Below are positions 18,290-18,789 of a stretch of 18,789 nucleotides of DNA, piece after piece. Within the stretch, counting starts at the first letter, position 1, and every line of letters begins with the position of its first letter. Under the pieces are notes generated by a model. It was not told the DNA's origin. It searched no databases and saw only the letters and a program-made list of their open reading frames with translations. The stretch covers positions 1 to 18,789 of the forward strand of contig NW_021824428.1 in assembly GCF_006345805.1 (NCBI RefSeq), read 5' to 3'. Source of the DNA: Octopus sinensis. Taxonomy: Eukaryota. The position numbers and the translations under genes were made by a program.

Positions 18290-18722
18290 TATGTCTATCG
18301 ACCTACCTATCTATCTATCTATCTATTTATCTACCTATCTATCTATCTATCTATTTATCTACCTATCTATCTATCTATCTATCTATCTCGCCAGCTCTTT
18401 CTCCCGTTCTTTATCCTGCTTCTCTCTCTTCTCTCTCTTCTCTCTCTCTCTCTCTCTCGCTCTCTCTCTGTCTCTCTCTCTCCCCCTCTCTCTCTCTCTC
18501 TCACTCTCTATCCATATCTATCCATCAAACGCTTTTCCTTTCATTTCTAGCATTTCATTTTTTTTCATTTATACATTTATGCCTATCTCTTTGTCTCTTT
18601 TTTCTTTTCATGTATTTCTCTTTCTCTCTCTCTCCCTCTGTGCTACTCTCTATATACATGTATGTATGTATGTATGTAGTATGTATGTATGTATGTATGT
18701 ATACGTGTGTGTGTGTGTGTGT
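18290..18722. repeat. (ATCT)n at 18290-18387, (CT)n at 18420-18510 and (TATG)n/(GT)n at 18657-18722
   Basis: Direct inspection. These account for ORF 18291-18728. Confidence 0.93.
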
Positions 18723-18789
18723 ATTTGACTTCCCTTCCTCTGCGATGTCAAAATTTCTTTTATCTTTTCTAGTCCCCTCTCACTCTCTC

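Overview
Eukaryotic non-coding DNA (intronic or intergenic) dominated by transposable-element relics and microsatellites. The repeat families resemble those I recall from Octopus (coleoid cephalopod) genomes, which is recognition from memory and not a database result. No intact gene, rRNA, tRNA gene or CRISPR array is supported, and most track ORFs are simple-repeat translations. The window holds about 13 copies or fragments of one tRNA-type SINE group (here family A/A'), four copies of a SINE carrying an internal microsatellite (B), two of a third SINE (C), an internally deleted mariner with TIRs and TA duplication, a non-autonomous Helitron with intact termini, a probable bipartite RTE derivative, and a decayed R4/Dong-clade LINE (CCHC knuckle plus restriction-like endonuclease). 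The most interesting locus is 13945-16244. There the Dong-type LINE and a 550-bp non-coding element lie head-to-tail within (TAA)n tracts, and two short pieces of the 550-bp element (20 and about 50 bp) reappear at nearby junctions. A SINE dimer bounded by a single 10-bp direct repeat and one unrecognised candidate 126-nt exon also merit checks. Family letters are my own labels. I found no evidence of a new protein-based system.
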